NCBI GenBank assembly: GCA_963784355.1 | Contig: CAWAQU010000003.1 | Location: forward strand, 64,001 to 128,000 | Source: an uncultured bacterium | Lineage (GTDB): Bacteria > Patescibacteriota > JACMRA01 | DNA: 64,000 nt | Direction of reading: 5' to 3' | Shown here: in pieces, positions 19,832-30,996 of the stretch | Position numbering within the stretch: the stretch's first letter is position 1 | Layout of the letters: the number at the start of each line of letters is the position of its first letter | Notes under the pieces: generated by a model | What the model was told of the DNA's origin: nothing | Seen by the model: the letters and a program-made list of their open reading frames with translations, nothing else | Databases searched by the model: none | Made by a program: the position numbers and the translations under genes

Positions 19832-20692
19832 ATGAAAGGTATAATCTTAGCTGGTGGTAGTGGTACCAGGCTCTACCCTATTACGCTTGGTATCAGCAAG
19901 CAAACCATGCCAATCTATGATAAACCAATGATATATTATCCTTTATCAATTTTACTTGAGGCCGGAATAAATGAAATTTTAATCATTTCTACCCCTACAG
20001 ATTTGCCAAACTTTCAAAGATTACTTGGAGACGGATCACAAATTGGCTGCAAATTTAGCTATAAAGTTCAGGAAATACCAAATGGACTGGCTCAAGCTTT
20101 TATTTTAGGTGAAGAATTTATTGGTAATGATAAAGTGTGCTTGATCCTGGGTGACAATATTTTTTATGGTAGTGGACTAAGCAAAACTCTAGAAACGTGT
20201 ACAAATCCTGATGGTGGATTTATTTTTGCCTACCATGTAAACGATCCTGAAAGATATGGAGTAGTAGACTTTGATGATAATTATAACGCACTTTCCATAG
20301 AGGAAAAGCCGGACAAGCCAAAATCTAGCTACGCTGTTCCGGGGATTTATTTTTACGACAACCAAGTAATAGAAATTGCCAAAAGCTTAAAGCCCAGTCC
20401 AAGAGGTGAATATGAAATTACTGATGTAAATTCGGCATATTTAAACATGAATAAATTAAAAGTAGTGATTATGGACAGAGGCACTGCTTGGTTGGATACT
20501 GGTACTGTTGACTCACTTATGCAAGCATCACAATTTGTACAGGTAATTGAGGAAAGGCAGGGTTTGAAGATAGGCTGCATTGAAGAGATTGCTTATCAAA
20601 AAGGTTTTATAACTAAACATCAACTTGAAAACTTAGCTACACCCCTCTTAAAAAGCGGTTATGGACAATATCTATTAAATCTCTTGAAATAA
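19832..20692 (+). CDS. rfbA: Glucose-1-phosphate thymidylyltransferase
   Basis: [16 protein letters not shown] and WLDTGT motifs. Confidence 0.97.
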   Translation: MKGIILAGGSGTRLYPITLGISKQTMPIYDKPMIYYPLSILLEAGINEILIISTPTDLPNFQRLLGDGSQIGCKFSYKVQEIPNGLAQAFILGEEFIGNDKVCLILGDNIFYGSGLSKTLETCTNPDGGFIFAYHVNDPERYGVVDFDDNYNALSIEEKPDKPKSSYAVPGIYFYDNQVIEIAKSLKPSPRGEYEITDVNSAYLNMNKLKVVIMDRGTAWLDTGTVDSLMQASQFVQVIEERQGLKIGCIEEIAYQKGFITKHQLENLATPLLKSGYGQYLLNLLK

Positions 20693-20696
20693 AATT

Positions 20697-21665
20697 ATGA
20701 TTGATCTCAAGGAAATCAAAAATATTTTAATCACAGGTGGAGCAGGGTTTATAGGCTCTAATTTCCTAAACAAATATGTAAATCTAAATTCAGACATAAA
20801 TTTTATAAACCTGGACAAGCTTACTTATGCTGCTCATTTGGACAATATCTTAGTAGGAAATAACAAAAATTATTTTTTTGAGCAGGGAGATATTTGTGAT
20901 TTAGAATTTTTGGAAAAAGTTTTTGAAAAATATAAAATTGATAGTGTAATTCACTTTGCCGCGGAAAGCCATGTAGATTTAAGTATAAAAAATCCAAATT
21001 TATTTGTAGAGGTTAATATACTCGGTACCCAAAATTTATTACACCTTGCTAATAAATACAAAGTTAAGAGATTCCATCATGTATCTACAGATGAGGTATA
21101 TGGAAGCTTGGAAGATAGTGGTTATTTTACTGAAGAAACCAATTTGGCTCCTAATAGCCCCTATTCAGCCTCTAAAGCCGGCTCAGATATGCTTGTAAGG
21201 GCCTACAGTCATACTTTTGGTTTAAACACCACAATGACTCGATGCTCCAATAATTATGGGCCAAATCAAGACCAAACTAAGTTAATTCCTAAATTTGTTA
21301 CAAACTTACTACAAAACAAAAAAGTGCCTTTGTACGCCTCAGGTCAAAACGTACGCGACTGGTTGTTTGTAGAGGACCATTGCGACGCTATCTGGGAAGT
21401 ATTTACTAAATCAAAATCTGGTGAAACATATAATGTTGGTGGAAATAATGAAAAATCAAATATTGAAATTACCAAAATTTTATTGGAAAAACTAGGTAAA
21501 GATGAATCACTTATTGAATATGTAGCAGATAGACCTGGACATGATTTCAGATATGCAATTGACGCAGCTAAAATCAAACAAGACCTTGGTTGGGAGCCTA
21601 AATACAATTTTGAAGAAGCAATTTTAATTACAATAAAATATTACAAAACTAAACTAGATCAGTAA
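20697..21665 (+). CDS. rfbB: dTDP-glucose 4,6-dehydratase
   Basis: AAESHVD, STDEVYG, YSASK and DRPGHDFRY motifs. Confidence 0.97.
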   Translation: MIDLKEIKNILITGGAGFIGSNFLNKYVNLNSDINFINLDKLTYAAHLDNILVGNNKNYFFEQGDICDLEFLEKVFEKYKIDSVIHFAAESHVDLSIKNPNLFVEVNILGTQNLLHLANKYKVKRFHHVSTDEVYGSLEDSGYFTEETNLAPNSPYSASKAGSDMLVRAYSHTFGLNTTMTRCSNNYGPNQDQTKLIPKFVTNLLQNKKVPLYASGQNVRDWLFVEDHCDAIWEVFTKSKSGETYNVGGNNEKSNIEITKILLEKLGKDESLIEYVADRPGHDFRYAIDAAKIKQDLGWEPKYNFEEAILITIKYYKTKLDQ

Positions 21666-21666
21666 A

Positions 21667-22227
21667 ATGCCTTTTATCCAGACCCATCTTGAAGGATTAG
21701 TAGTTTTTGAACCAAAAGTGTTTGAAGACGAGAGAGGTTATTTTTTTGAAGCCTATAATGAAAAATTATTCCAGGAAAACAGTATTAGTATTGATGCTAA
21801 ATTCGTACAAGATAATCAATCTAAATCAACTAAGGGAGTGTTACGCGGTTTACATTTTCAACTAGAGCCCTATGCTCAAGCTAAATTAGTTAGGGTTTTA
21901 AGCGGTGAAGTGGTAGATGTAGCAGTTGATATCAGACAAGAATCGCCAACATTTGGTCAATATTTTAGTATACTTTTATCAGCTGAAAACAAAAAACAGC
22001 TTTTTATACCTCGTGGTTTTGCTCATGGATTTATAGTTTTGAGCGATACTGCAGAATTTTTTTACAAGTGTGATAATTTTTACTCTAAAGAGCATGAAAG
22101 TGGTATAAAATTTAATGACCCGGAGCTAAATATTGATTGGCAATTTGATTTAAATAAAGTTATAGTATCTGAAAAAGATCAAAATTTAGAGAGTTTTAAA
22201 AATGCTAAAATGAATTTTACACTATAG
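21667..22227 (+). CDS. rfbC: dTDP-4-dehydrorhamnose 3,5-epimerase
   Basis: DERGYF, LRGLHFQ and GFAHGF motifs. Confidence 0.97.
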   Translation: MPFIQTHLEGLVVFEPKVFEDERGYFFEAYNEKLFQENSISIDAKFVQDNQSKSTKGVLRGLHFQLEPYAQAKLVRVLSGEVVDVAVDIRQESPTFGQYFSILLSAENKKQLFIPRGFAHGFIVLSDTAEFFYKCDNFYSKEHESGIKFNDPELNIDWQFDLNKVIVSEKDQNLESFKNAKMNFTL

Positions 22228-22228
22228 T

Positions 22229-23074
22229 ATGCAGAAAGTCTTGGTAACCGGAAGTAATGGTCAACTTGGCAGCGAGTTTAAATTTTTAGCTGATAGATAT
22301 AGTAATCTGGAGTTTATTTTTACTGATTCAACTAGTTTAAATATTGTAAACAAGGCTGAGATAGAAAAGTTTTTCGCAGGAAATAAAATTGATTTTTGTA
22401 TTAATTGTGCTGCTTACACTGCAGTAGATAAGGCCGAGACCGAAAGGGAGCTCTGTTATACTATAAATACTGAAGCTGTTAGTAATATTGCTCTAGAATG
22501 TGCAAAGCAAGGCTCTACACTCATTCATTTTTCTACGGACTATGTATTTAACGGGCAGAATTACAAACCATACACTGAAGAAGATCTTGCAGACCCAATA
22601 AACTATTACGGTCAAACTAAATTAGAAGGTGAGCAAAAAGCCCTGGAAAATAATCAAAAGACTCTAGTGTTTAGAACTTCCTGGGTACATTCAAGCTTTG
22701 GTAAAAATTTTGTGAAAACTATCACTAAATTGGCGTCAGAAAGAGATGAACTAAATATAATTTTTGATCAGATTGGTACACCCACCTATGCTCGAGATTT
22801 GGCTGAAAACATATTAGAAATCATCTCGAAACAAGATTTGGATGGTAAGTATGGAATATATAACTTTTCTAATGAGGGAGTAACTAGCTGGTACGATTTT
22901 GCCAAAGTGATTGCAAAACAAGCTGGTCTAGGCTGTAAGATAAATCCTATAGAATCAAAAGATTACCCTACAGCAGCCAAGCGACCATTTTATAGTGTAT
23001 TAAATAAGGCCAAGTTTAAACAAAATTTTGGGTTGGAGATTGGGTATTGGAAAGAAAAGGTAGATATAAAATAA
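22229..23074 (+). CDS. rfbD: dTDP-4-dehydrorhamnose reductase
   Basis: GSNGQLG, AAYTAVD, STDYVF and YGQTK motifs. Confidence 0.97.
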   Translation: MQKVLVTGSNGQLGSEFKFLADRYSNLEFIFTDSTSLNIVNKAEIEKFFAGNKIDFCINCAAYTAVDKAETERELCYTINTEAVSNIALECAKQGSTLIHFSTDYVFNGQNYKPYTEEDLADPINYYGQTKLEGEQKALENNQKTLVFRTSWVHSSFGKNFVKTITKLASERDELNIIFDQIGTPTYARDLAENILEIISKQDLDGKYGIYNFSNEGVTSWYDFAKVIAKQAGLGCKINPIESKDYPTAAKRPFYSVLNKAKFKQNFGLEIGYWKEKVDIK

Positions 23075-23079
23075 AGTGT

Positions 23080-24339
23080 ATGAACATTAGTGATATTTTA
23101 AAATTAATAAATAAAAATAACATCCTATTAGGATTATCAGTTTTAATAAAATTTAGTTCAATATTCATCTCAATATTAATTGTAAGGTGGCTAAACACTA
23201 ATTTTGAACCTAGACTTTTAGATCAATATAATACTGCTGTTTTATCTTACTTAGCAATAATTTTATCGGTAGTTAACTTAGGTATACCAGAATTTTTACA
23301 TAAAGAGTTTACAAAAATCGATGACAAAGAATATTTAAATAATTTGTGGACTACTATAAACATTTTAAGATTTGCAACATACATAGTAGGACTGATTGTC
23401 ATAGTTGTTACCTATAGAATTTCTAAAGTGGAAAACTTATTCATGATCTTAGGAATTTATTCATCACAATTTATATTACTTGCAGACCAAAACTTCCGCT
23501 CGGTCACGGACGCAAATGATAAAAGCATTAGATTTTCTCTAACTGACTTAACAGGAAAAGTTATTCTGACTTTCTTATTGTATCTAAGTGTGTTTTTAAA
23601 TTTCAAAGTAGACATCCTAAATTACTTTATTTTTGTGTCCATAGGTGCTTACCTGACAACTTATATTTTAGATTTTTACATTAATCGCAATATAGTCTCT
23701 TGGTCAAAATTTGATTGGAGCGTTATTTCAAAAAACAAGAAAGCATTATTTTTTTTAGCTGTAAGTGGTCTAATATCTACATCAAGCTGGGATATTATCT
23801 TTCTTCAATACAATCATACAAATAGCTATTTAATAAACGGTTATAGTAATGCTTTAAAGCTATTTACTACAGCCATGGTACTACCGGGAATTATTGTGCC
23901 TGTTTTAAGCAGCAGATATAAAAGGAAAAAGGATTTACTAAAAAATAATGATAGAAATCTTTTAAAGAGGTATTTAATTTACTTACTGACCATTAGCTCA
24001 CTGTTTTCCATATTTTTATTTCTAAGCAGTACGTTAATATTTAAAGTAATTGATCCAAAAAATTTATACAGCGATGTATCTATTGATGCTTTTCATATAT
24101 TTAATCTTAGTCTATGTTTCTCCTTTATTTCCATGTTTTTACGCTATGTAAACGTATTTGAGAACAATGAAAAATTTGAGATTTACAACCAGCTTTCTAA
24201 TGCAATTATTTTTTTAATTTTATTCGCTTTACTGATACCCATTTATGGAATTACCGGCGCGGCAATATCATATCTAATTATTGCTATTTTTGATATAATA
24301 AAAAGGTACAGTATCAAATCTTTACATAAAGATCTTTAA
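23080..24339 (+). CDS. Oligosaccharide flippase (Wzx-like)
   Basis: About 12 TM helices, C-terminal [11 protein letters not shown]; cluster context. Confidence 0.85.
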   Translation: MNISDILKLINKNNILLGLSVLIKFSSIFISILIVRWLNTNFEPRLLDQYNTAVLSYLAIILSVVNLGIPEFLHKEFTKIDDKEYLNNLWTTINILRFATYIVGLIVIVVTYRISKVENLFMILGIYSSQFILLADQNFRSVTDANDKSIRFSLTDLTGKVILTFLLYLSVFLNFKVDILNYFIFVSIGAYLTTYILDFYINRNIVSWSKFDWSVISKNKKALFFLAVSGLISTSSWDIIFLQYNHTNSYLINGYSNALKLFTTAMVLPGIIVPVLSSRYKRKKDLLKNNDRNLLKRYLIYLLTISSLFSIFLFLSSTLIFKVIDPKNLYSDVSIDAFHIFNLSLCFSFISMFLRYVNVFENNEKFEIYNQLSNAIIFLILFALLIPIYGITGAAISYLIIAIFDIIKRYSIKSLHKDL

Positions 24340-24926
24340 ATTAAATATTCCTCAATTTCCTTATAGAAAAAATCTAGGTTATTCCTATGCTTTTCAAATA
24401 ATTTATTTAAATCTATTTCTAATAGTTTTTTTATTAAATTTTCATCAAACCTATATCTAATAACTTTTGCGGGATTTCCTCCCACTACTGAGTAGGGTGG
24501 TACATCTTTTGTAACTACACTGCCTGCAGCAATTACAGCACCTTTGCCTATTTTAATACCTGATAAAATAATTGTGTTCGTCCCAAACCATACATCATCA
24601 CCCACTATGATTGGGCCCTTAGTAATTGACTCGGCCTGGTCACTAAACATTGCTTTAAAGGGATATGTACTAAGATTGGACATATTATGATTTCCACCAA
24701 GCATAAATTTCGTATTCTCAGCTATAGAACAGAAACTTCCAATTTCTAAAAATTCGTTGCCGCTATCCCATATTCTTACATCTAAATTACCATATGTGAA
24801 ATTTCCTATTTTTACTTTTTCTGAATTAAATAAAATTGTAGGAATTGTGAAATTATGTAGATTTGACTTCCTCCATTTTTTTTTGAAAAGGTAAAGTTTA
24901 AATTTATTTTTTAGAGAGCTTAACAT
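24336..24926 (-). CDS. Hexapeptide-repeat O-acetyltransferase (CatB/Vat-like)
   Basis: [21 protein letters not shown] and [16 protein letters not shown] motifs. Confidence 0.9.
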   Translation of the reverse strand: MLSSLKNKFKLYLFKKKWRKSNLHNFTIPTILFNSEKVKIGNFTYGNLDVRIWDSGNEFLEIGSFCSIAENTKFMLGGNHNMSNLSTYPFKAMFSDQAESITKGPIIVGDDVWFGTNTIILSGIKIGKGAVIAAGSVVTKDVPPYSVVGGNPAKVIRYRFDENLIKKLLEIDLNKLFEKHRNNLDFFYKEIEEYLI

Positions 24927-25041
24927 TTAAACTAGGTTTAATGAGTAAATTTGATTATGTCAAAATTGTAGACTTGTTCTCAATCAGAAGACTAAGTGTG
25001 ATATCAAAAAACAATACAGAGTTGACTTAAATTTACTTTTC

Positions 25042-26175
25042 TTAGAAATTAGCTTTGAACAAATCACTATATTTTTTAAATAGTATTCCAAAACTAAAAT
25101 TATCAAGCACAGTTTGGTGATTACTTTGTTTATAATCATCTGAAGTGTACAAACTCCTATTTTCCAAAAAGATCTGCAATTTTAATATTAAATCACTACT
25201 ATCTTTTAATTTGAAGATCAACTTCTGTTCACTTTCCTGGGCATATTGCTTCAATTCTATAAAGGCTGGTATATCAGAAGTGATAACAGGTAAACCTCTT
25301 TCCCAAGCCTCAACAAGTACTAATCCAAAAGACTCAATCCAACTTGGAAAAATAATCAAATCACATTTTTCATAGAAGCTTTTTGTGTCACTTTGGAAGC
25401 CTAGCCAGCTGAAATTAATATTTTCCGGCATTTTTAATTCATTTTGCAGTTTTTTAAATTTCTCTAAATCTTCTCCATCACCTGCCATTAACACATTAAT
25501 TTTCAATCCTGGATAATCTATTTTAGATAAAGCCTCAATCATAGTATCTATACCCTTTTGATAATACATTCTACCTATGTAGCCTATATTTATAGTTGAG
25601 ATATCTGTTTTATCTGTAAAAATAAGATCATAGACTTGTACTCCGTTATAAATTAAATGGTTTACGTTACCTTTTAAATTATGACTGTGCCAATCACTCA
25701 TTTGATTTTTTGAAATATAAATAAATTCTACGTTAGACCAAACTTTTCTCAAAATTGAGACTAGAGGATTTCTCCAATAGTAATCCACACACATACTGTG
25801 CATAGATTGTATTAACCTTTTTTTAGGAAAAAATAATTTTATCCAGGAAAACAAAAAAACTGGCTCTGCTATTGACGATGCTGAAGCAATGATTATATCA
25901 GATTTTTTCCATATTCTAAAGTACTTCACAAACTGTAAAAAACCCAAGACAAATGAAATTGGAATAATTAACTGCCGTTTTAATGTGATAGGCTCATACC
26001 CTGCCGGAGAATTATGTGCTTCAAAACCGTGTTTTTTAAATATATCGTAAACCACGGGATCTTGACCTATAAATATATGTTCAAAGTTGGTCAAATTTGT
26101 AATTAGATTTTCTAAAAACTTTTCCCCGCCCCCATATTTAATTTTTATTCTTGTAGAAACATGGGTGATAATCAT
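25042..26175 (-). CDS. GT4 glycosyltransferase
   Basis: GGGE, GRMYYQKG and ESFGLVLVEA motifs. Confidence 0.92.
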   Translation of the reverse strand: MIITHVSTRIKIKYGGGEKFLENLITNLTNFEHIFIGQDPVVYDIFKKHGFEAHNSPAGYEPITLKRQLIIPISFVLGFLQFVKYFRIWKKSDIIIASASSIAEPVFLFSWIKLFFPKKRLIQSMHSMCVDYYWRNPLVSILRKVWSNVEFIYISKNQMSDWHSHNLKGNVNHLIYNGVQVYDLIFTDKTDISTINIGYIGRMYYQKGIDTMIEALSKIDYPGLKINVLMAGDGEDLEKFKKLQNELKMPENINFSWLGFQSDTKSFYEKCDLIIFPSWIESFGLVLVEAWERGLPVITSDIPAFIELKQYAQESEQKLIFKLKDSSDLILKLQIFLENRSLYTSDDYKQSNHQTVLDNFSFGILFKKYSDLFKANF

Positions 26176-27122
26176 TTTGTAAAAATTTGCTTTATAAAAC
26201 TTGCATGTGCTTCAATTATCCAAGAAAATACTTGAAATTTTAATTTTAATAAAACAGGTAAAAGAATTTTTATATCTTGATATAAATTACTTATGAAAAA
26301 AAATATTTTATAATGGTTAAATGTAAATAATAGCCTACTTCTTACGCCATAAAAAATACCGTATTTTGGAATTTTTTTGATTGACTGTGATTGCTTATGA
26401 TACACTGTGCTGTCTAAACATAAACCTACACCCCATCCTTTCTGGTGCAGCCTAATTGCAGAGTCAAATTCTTCAAAGTATAGAAAGTATTTTTCATATA
26501 AATAACCAATATTTTTCAAGGCACTTAAATTAAAAAATAGTGCTGATCCATTAATCGACAGATGTTTCTTATGAAATACTATCTCGCTACTATTAGTATT
26601 TTTAACTAAATCTTTCAGCTTTAAATCTTTTGAACCTGAAGTAAATTTATTATACTCAGCCCCAATGTAGATTTTTTCACCCCCATTATCAGGAACAACA
26701 ATTTTTGAACCGATTAATCCTAGACTCTCATTTTTACTACCCAATTCCACCAGATGAGCAAGTGCATCTTTATCTACTTTTATATCAGCATTTAGTAACC
26801 AAACATATTGATAATCTTGTTTTGATTCAGCTAGCCTTACCCCATAGTTGTGCCCTCCGGCAAATCCTAGATTTTTATCGGTTCTGCTTGCATATATCTT
26901 AATCTGATTTTTTATATAATACCCAACAGTATCTTTTTTAAGATTTTTATTTAAATAATTTTCTATATCTGTAAATGAGCTGGGATTAGGGGAAAAATTA
27001 TCTACTATGAATATATCAAATGTTGAATATGACATATCAAGTAATGAATTTAGACACTCCACAGTATCTTCAGGAGTATTATAGTTTAAAATAATAACCG
27101 CTACATTTGATTTATTTACCAT
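26172..27122 (-). CDS. GT2 glycosyltransferase (rhamnosyltransferase-like)
   Basis: IILNYN, NLGFAGG, WLLNAD and FLYFEE motifs. Confidence 0.92.
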   Translation of the reverse strand: MVNKSNVAVIILNYNTPEDTVECLNSLLDMSYSTFDIFIVDNFSPNPSSFTDIENYLNKNLKKDTVGYYIKNQIKIYASRTDKNLGFAGGHNYGVRLAESKQDYQYVWLLNADIKVDKDALAHLVELGSKNESLGLIGSKIVVPDNGGEKIYIGAEYNKFTSGSKDLKLKDLVKNTNSSEIVFHKKHLSINGSALFFNLSALKNIGYLYEKYFLYFEEFDSAIRLHQKGWGVGLCLDSTVYHKQSQSIKKIPKYGIFYGVRSRLLFTFNHYKIFFFISNLYQDIKILLPVLLKLKFQVFSWIIEAHASFIKQIFTK

Positions 27123-28272
27123 ATACTATTTGATTGATAACTTGCTTTTCAATATTTTCCGATGACATATAATCCCTTACTTGTTGTTGTTTGTCTATGA
27201 TTTCTTCCTTCTCATCAATATTTAGTGTAATATACTCTTGTAACTTTTTAAAAATATCTTCAGAAGATTTAGGCATTATATGAATTAAATTTTTTAAGAT
27301 TGGATCGGAAATTTGGTCTACATAAGTTACAAATGCAGGAAAATTAGCTTGCATAAATACATTCCAAAAACTTGACCTACGAATTGTTATGCCATTTACA
27401 TCGGGGAAGATAAACAAATCCATCTCTTTCAAAACATTTTTAAAATTTTCTGATTGCGGGTCTATGTCGCCATAAATAATTATATTTTTTTTGCTTTGGT
27501 CTATTTTTTGCAATAGATTAAACTGATAATTTTTTACTGAACTGTTCATTTTCCCATAATCAATGAGGAGTTTAATATCTCCTAGAATGTGAAGTTTACA
27601 ATTCAATTTGGAATCAATTTTTTGGAAAGCCTCTACAAGATATTCCAATCCATTGCTAGGTTGTACAAGTCCATGGAAACAAATGTTGATATTCTCTTTT
27701 TTAGCTAAAGAATTTGGATCTATTTTAATAAAACTATTTAGATCTGCAGATAAATGGGCACCTAAGGCTAGGACGGTACTTTTACTCTTAATCATACCTT
27801 TTACAAAATCATTAGCTGAATTCAATTGTGACTGATCAGAAAAAAAAGCTTTATTAGCAACTAGACAGGGAATTATATGTCTTATTTTGCCTAAAAGTGT
27901 GTAATTTACAAATTCATGTATAGTTACCTGAAGATATATCTTTGGAAATACAATCTTTATAATAACAGCCAATAGCGAAGGAAATAAACTTCTGCCGAAT
28001 TCAACTGAATTATATTGTATATTTATTATTTCTGGATTAGTTTTTTTTATATTTCGTATGATTTTAAACAGATTAGGTACTTTTATATCTAAAAAGGTTG
28101 CATTATATTGCTTTTCAGTAGATGCATCTTTTTTGAAGAGCTTTTGGTTTTTATTTGTTAATAAAAATGCGTTAAAGCCCTCTCTATTTAAAATATTTAT
28201 TATTCTGTGTGTAAATTTGCCAACGCCACACATAGTTGGGACAGAGCTTCCAGATATAAATAGAATATTCAT
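27112..28272 (-). CDS. GT4-like glycosyltransferase
   Basis: CGVGKFT, TIHE, FHGLVQPSNG and RRSS motifs; ATG 28272 chosen as start. Confidence 0.8.
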   Translation of the reverse strand: MNILFISGSSVPTMCGVGKFTHRIINILNREGFNAFLLTNKNQKLFKKDASTEKQYNATFLDIKVPNLFKIIRNIKKTNPEIINIQYNSVEFGRSLFPSLLAVIIKIVFPKIYLQVTIHEFVNYTLLGKIRHIIPCLVANKAFFSDQSQLNSANDFVKGMIKSKSTVLALGAHLSADLNSFIKIDPNSLAKKENINICFHGLVQPSNGLEYLVEAFQKIDSKLNCKLHILGDIKLLIDYGKMNSSVKNYQFNLLQKIDQSKKNIIIYGDIDPQSENFKNVLKEMDLFIFPDVNGITIRRSSFWNVFMQANFPAFVTYVDQISDPILKNLIHIMPKSSEDIFKKLQEYITLNIDEKEEIIDKQQQVRDYMSSENIEKQVINQIVYGK

Positions 28273-28350
28273 ATAATTGTGTATACTTATGCAATACTGG
28301 TATAATGATAGCAATATTATTTTAAGGTAAAATGTACTGACTCTGACAAA

Positions 28351-30936
28351 TTATAGTTGATTACTTGGTATTCCAGCAAATTCACTTAATGACCAACTTC
28401 CGTTAAAGCCATATACTGATCTCTGTGTTGTAAATATTGGCACTCCATTTGTAGACTCTATTTCCACTGGACCACCTACTGTATTTGGATAATATGGTGT
28501 AATCATTTGTCCTGGTGCTATGGTGTATGTTCCTTTTAACTGCCCGCCGATTTTTATCGTAACTGTTGCAGATTGACTACTACTTGGATTAGATACTAAA
28601 TTTACAGCATCATGGCCATTTACCATTGCATAAAAAGGGTAGTAGTATTTTGTGGTAAGTTGATTACTTGGTATTCCAGCAAATTCACTTAATGACCAAC
28701 TTCCGTTAAAGCCATATACTGATCTCTGTGTTGTAAATATTGGCACTCCATTTGTAGACTCTATTTCCACTGGACCACCTACTGTATTTGGATAATATGG
28801 TGTAATCATTTGTCCTGGTGCTATGGTGTATGTTCCTTTTAACTGCCCGCCGATTTTTATCGTAACTGTTGCAGATTGACTACTACTTGGATTAGATACT
28901 AAATTTACAGCATCATGGCCATTTACCATTGCATAAAAAGGGTAGTAGTATTTTGTGGTAAGTTGATTACTTGGTATTCCAGCAAATTCACTTAATGACC
29001 AACTTCCGTTAAAGCCATATACTGATCTCTGTGTTGTAAATATTGGCACTCCATTTGTAGACTCTATTTCCACTGGACCACCTACTGTATTTGGATAATA
29101 TGGTGTAATCATTTGTCCTGGTGCTATGGTGTATGTTCCTTTTAACTGCCCGCCGATTTTTATCGTAACTGTTGCAGATTGACTACTACTTGGATTAGAT
29201 ACTAAATTTACAGCATCATGGCCATTTACCATTGCATAAAAAGGGTAGTAGTATTTTGTGGTAAGTTGATTACTTGGTATTCCAGCAAATTCACTTAATG
29301 ACCAACTTCCGTTAAAGCCATATACTGATCTCTGTGTTGTAAATATTGGCACTCCATTTGTAGACTCTATTTCCACTGGACCACCTACTGTATTTGGATA
29401 ATATGGTGTAATCATTTGTCCTGGTGCTATGGTGTACCATTTTTTTTGTACTCCTGGAACTGATATAGTAACCAAAGCTGTTTCAGTGGTCGAAGCATTG
29501 GCTACTAAATTTACAGCATCATGGCCATTTACCATTGCATAAAAAGGGTAGTAGTATTTTTTATTTGAAGCATTATTCAACTCAGGCACTTTAACCAAAG
29601 CAGAATTTAAGTTAATTAACCCATTGCCAAAACTTGAGTCATACCCAATAGTACCTAAATTAGTGGCTGAGCTAGTTATAGCATAACCTGTTACAACATT
29701 ATCAATAGCACTATTTTTTGACATCATCAATCCAACCCCTCCCGCTACAAACGGTGCTGCAGCCGAAGTTCCGGAATATAAACAGTATGTATTATTTGCA
29801 CAGGTTGATAAAATCTCGCTTCCTGGAGCCACAACAGTAAGCCAATTTCCTGTCTGAGAATACGGTGCTCTCTGGCCATCTCTTTGAATAGCACCTACAG
29901 AAATTACACCCGGATACGCTGCAGGATAGCTAGTGTAGTTAATTTCATCTGCATCTTGAACATTATTTTCATTCCAATCACAATTTGCTAGACTCCACAC
30001 ACCACAATTACCTGCTGAAGCTACAACTGTTACTCCCTGATCTGTAGCAAATTTTACTGCATTTTTAAGAGTCTGACTGTCATATGGTGATCCCAGACTA
30101 AGATTGATAATTTTTGCTCCTTTATATACTGAATCAATAATTGCATCAGCTATATTTTGGAAAGTACCGGAGCCTCCTCCACTCAAAGCTTTTTGAGGTA
30201 AAATTTTACACTTTGGACAAGTTCCTGAAATACCTACACTATTATTTCCTACAGCTGCAATAATTCCCGAAACATGTGTACCATGGCCGTTATCATCTTT
30301 AGGATCAGAATCGCTATTTACAAAATCATAACCACTATTAGTTTGGCCATTAGCAACAATATTAGCATTCAAATCAGGATGAGTATAATCAACTCCTGTA
30401 TCAATTACAGCAATAATAACTGAACTACTACCCAAAGTTGCATCCCAAGCAGTAGTTGCTTGCATGTCCATTCCTGAAGTACCACCTGACTGCCCTGTAT
30501 TTCTCAGCCCCCATTGGGAACTAAAACTTGGGTCATTAGGAACATAATTAGCTTTTGCAATAAAATTTGGTTCAATATATTCGATATTAGGATCGTTTTT
30601 ATATTTATTTATAACATCCAAAGTCTTAAGCTTAGCAAAATTTTTATCTTCTACACTGTTAGATTTAATCTCATCCAAGCTAGATATGTCTAATTTCTCA
30701 TAATCACTTTTAGCTTTGTATTTTTCTGTTGTAGCTTTTAATTCATTTTTAACTTCAAAATTACTAAAAAAAACCTTCTTTGCTTCATCACTTTTAAATT
30801 TTATAAGAGCCTCACCTGGAACAAAATTGTCGCTAACATCGTATTGTGATTTAGATTCAACGTAAAAGCTGAAATTTACTAAACTTATGGTTAATACCAA
30901 TATAATAAAAGCTCCAATGTAATTTCTAATTTTCAT
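28351..30936 (-). CDS. Secreted S8 subtilase with four C-terminal ~101-aa repeats
   Basis: Signal peptide; catalytic motifs VIDTG, HGTHVSG and GTSAAAP; ASAGN oxyanion motif. Confidence 0.93.
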   Translation of the reverse strand: MKIRNYIGAFIILVLTISLVNFSFYVESKSQYDVSDNFVPGEALIKFKSDEAKKVFFSNFEVKNELKATTEKYKAKSDYEKLDISSLDEIKSNSVEDKNFAKLKTLDVINKYKNDPNIEYIEPNFIAKANYVPNDPSFSSQWGLRNTGQSGGTSGMDMQATTAWDATLGSSSVIIAVIDTGVDYTHPDLNANIVANGQTNSGYDFVNSDSDPKDDNGHGTHVSGIIAAVGNNSVGISGTCPKCKILPQKALSGGGSGTFQNIADAIIDSVYKGAKIINLSLGSPYDSQTLKNAVKFATDQGVTVVASAGNCGVWSLANCDWNENNVQDADEINYTSYPAAYPGVISVGAIQRDGQRAPYSQTGNWLTVVAPGSEILSTCANNTYCLYSGTSAAAPFVAGGVGLMMSKNSAIDNVVTGYAITSSATNLGTIGYDSSFGNGLINLNSALVKVPELNNASNKKYYYPFYAMVNGHDAVNLVANASTTETALVTISVPGVQKKWYTIAPGQMITPYYPNTVGGPVEIESTNGVPIFTTQRSVYGFNGSWSLSEFAGIPSNQLTTKYYYPFYAMVNGHDAVNLVSNPSSSQSATVTIKIGGQLKGTYTIAPGQMITPYYPNTVGGPVEIESTNGVPIFTTQRSVYGFNGSWSLSEFAGIPSNQLTTKYYYPFYAMVNGHDAVNLVSNPSSSQSATVTIKIGGQLKGTYTIAPGQMITPYYPNTVGGPVEIESTNGVPIFTTQRSVYGFNGSWSLSEFAGIPSNQLTTKYYYPFYAMVNGHDAVNLVSNPSSSQSATVTIKIGGQLKGTYTIAPGQMITPYYPNTVGGPVEIESTNGVPIFTTQRSVYGFNGSWSLSEFAGIPSNQL
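28355..29560. repeat. Four tandem 303-bp coding repeats
   Basis: Units start at 28355, 28658, 28961 and 29264. Three look identical by eye; the fourth differs only at about 29436-29502. Confidence 0.95.
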
Positions 30937-30996
30937 AAATTGACAAATAAATAGTATACGAATAAGTTATTAATGTATTATTTGTTTTATATAAAT

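Noticed and set aside
24336-24926. Antibiotic-resistance acetyltransferase (cat/vat)
   Set aside because: Position within a glycan cluster beside the flippase favours a sugar O-acetyltransferase.
28355-29560. Long direct repeats as a CRISPR array or DGR template/variable pair
   Set aside because: Units are in-frame 303-bp coding repeats with no spacers, the differences are not adenine-specific, and no cas or reverse transcriptase gene is in the window.
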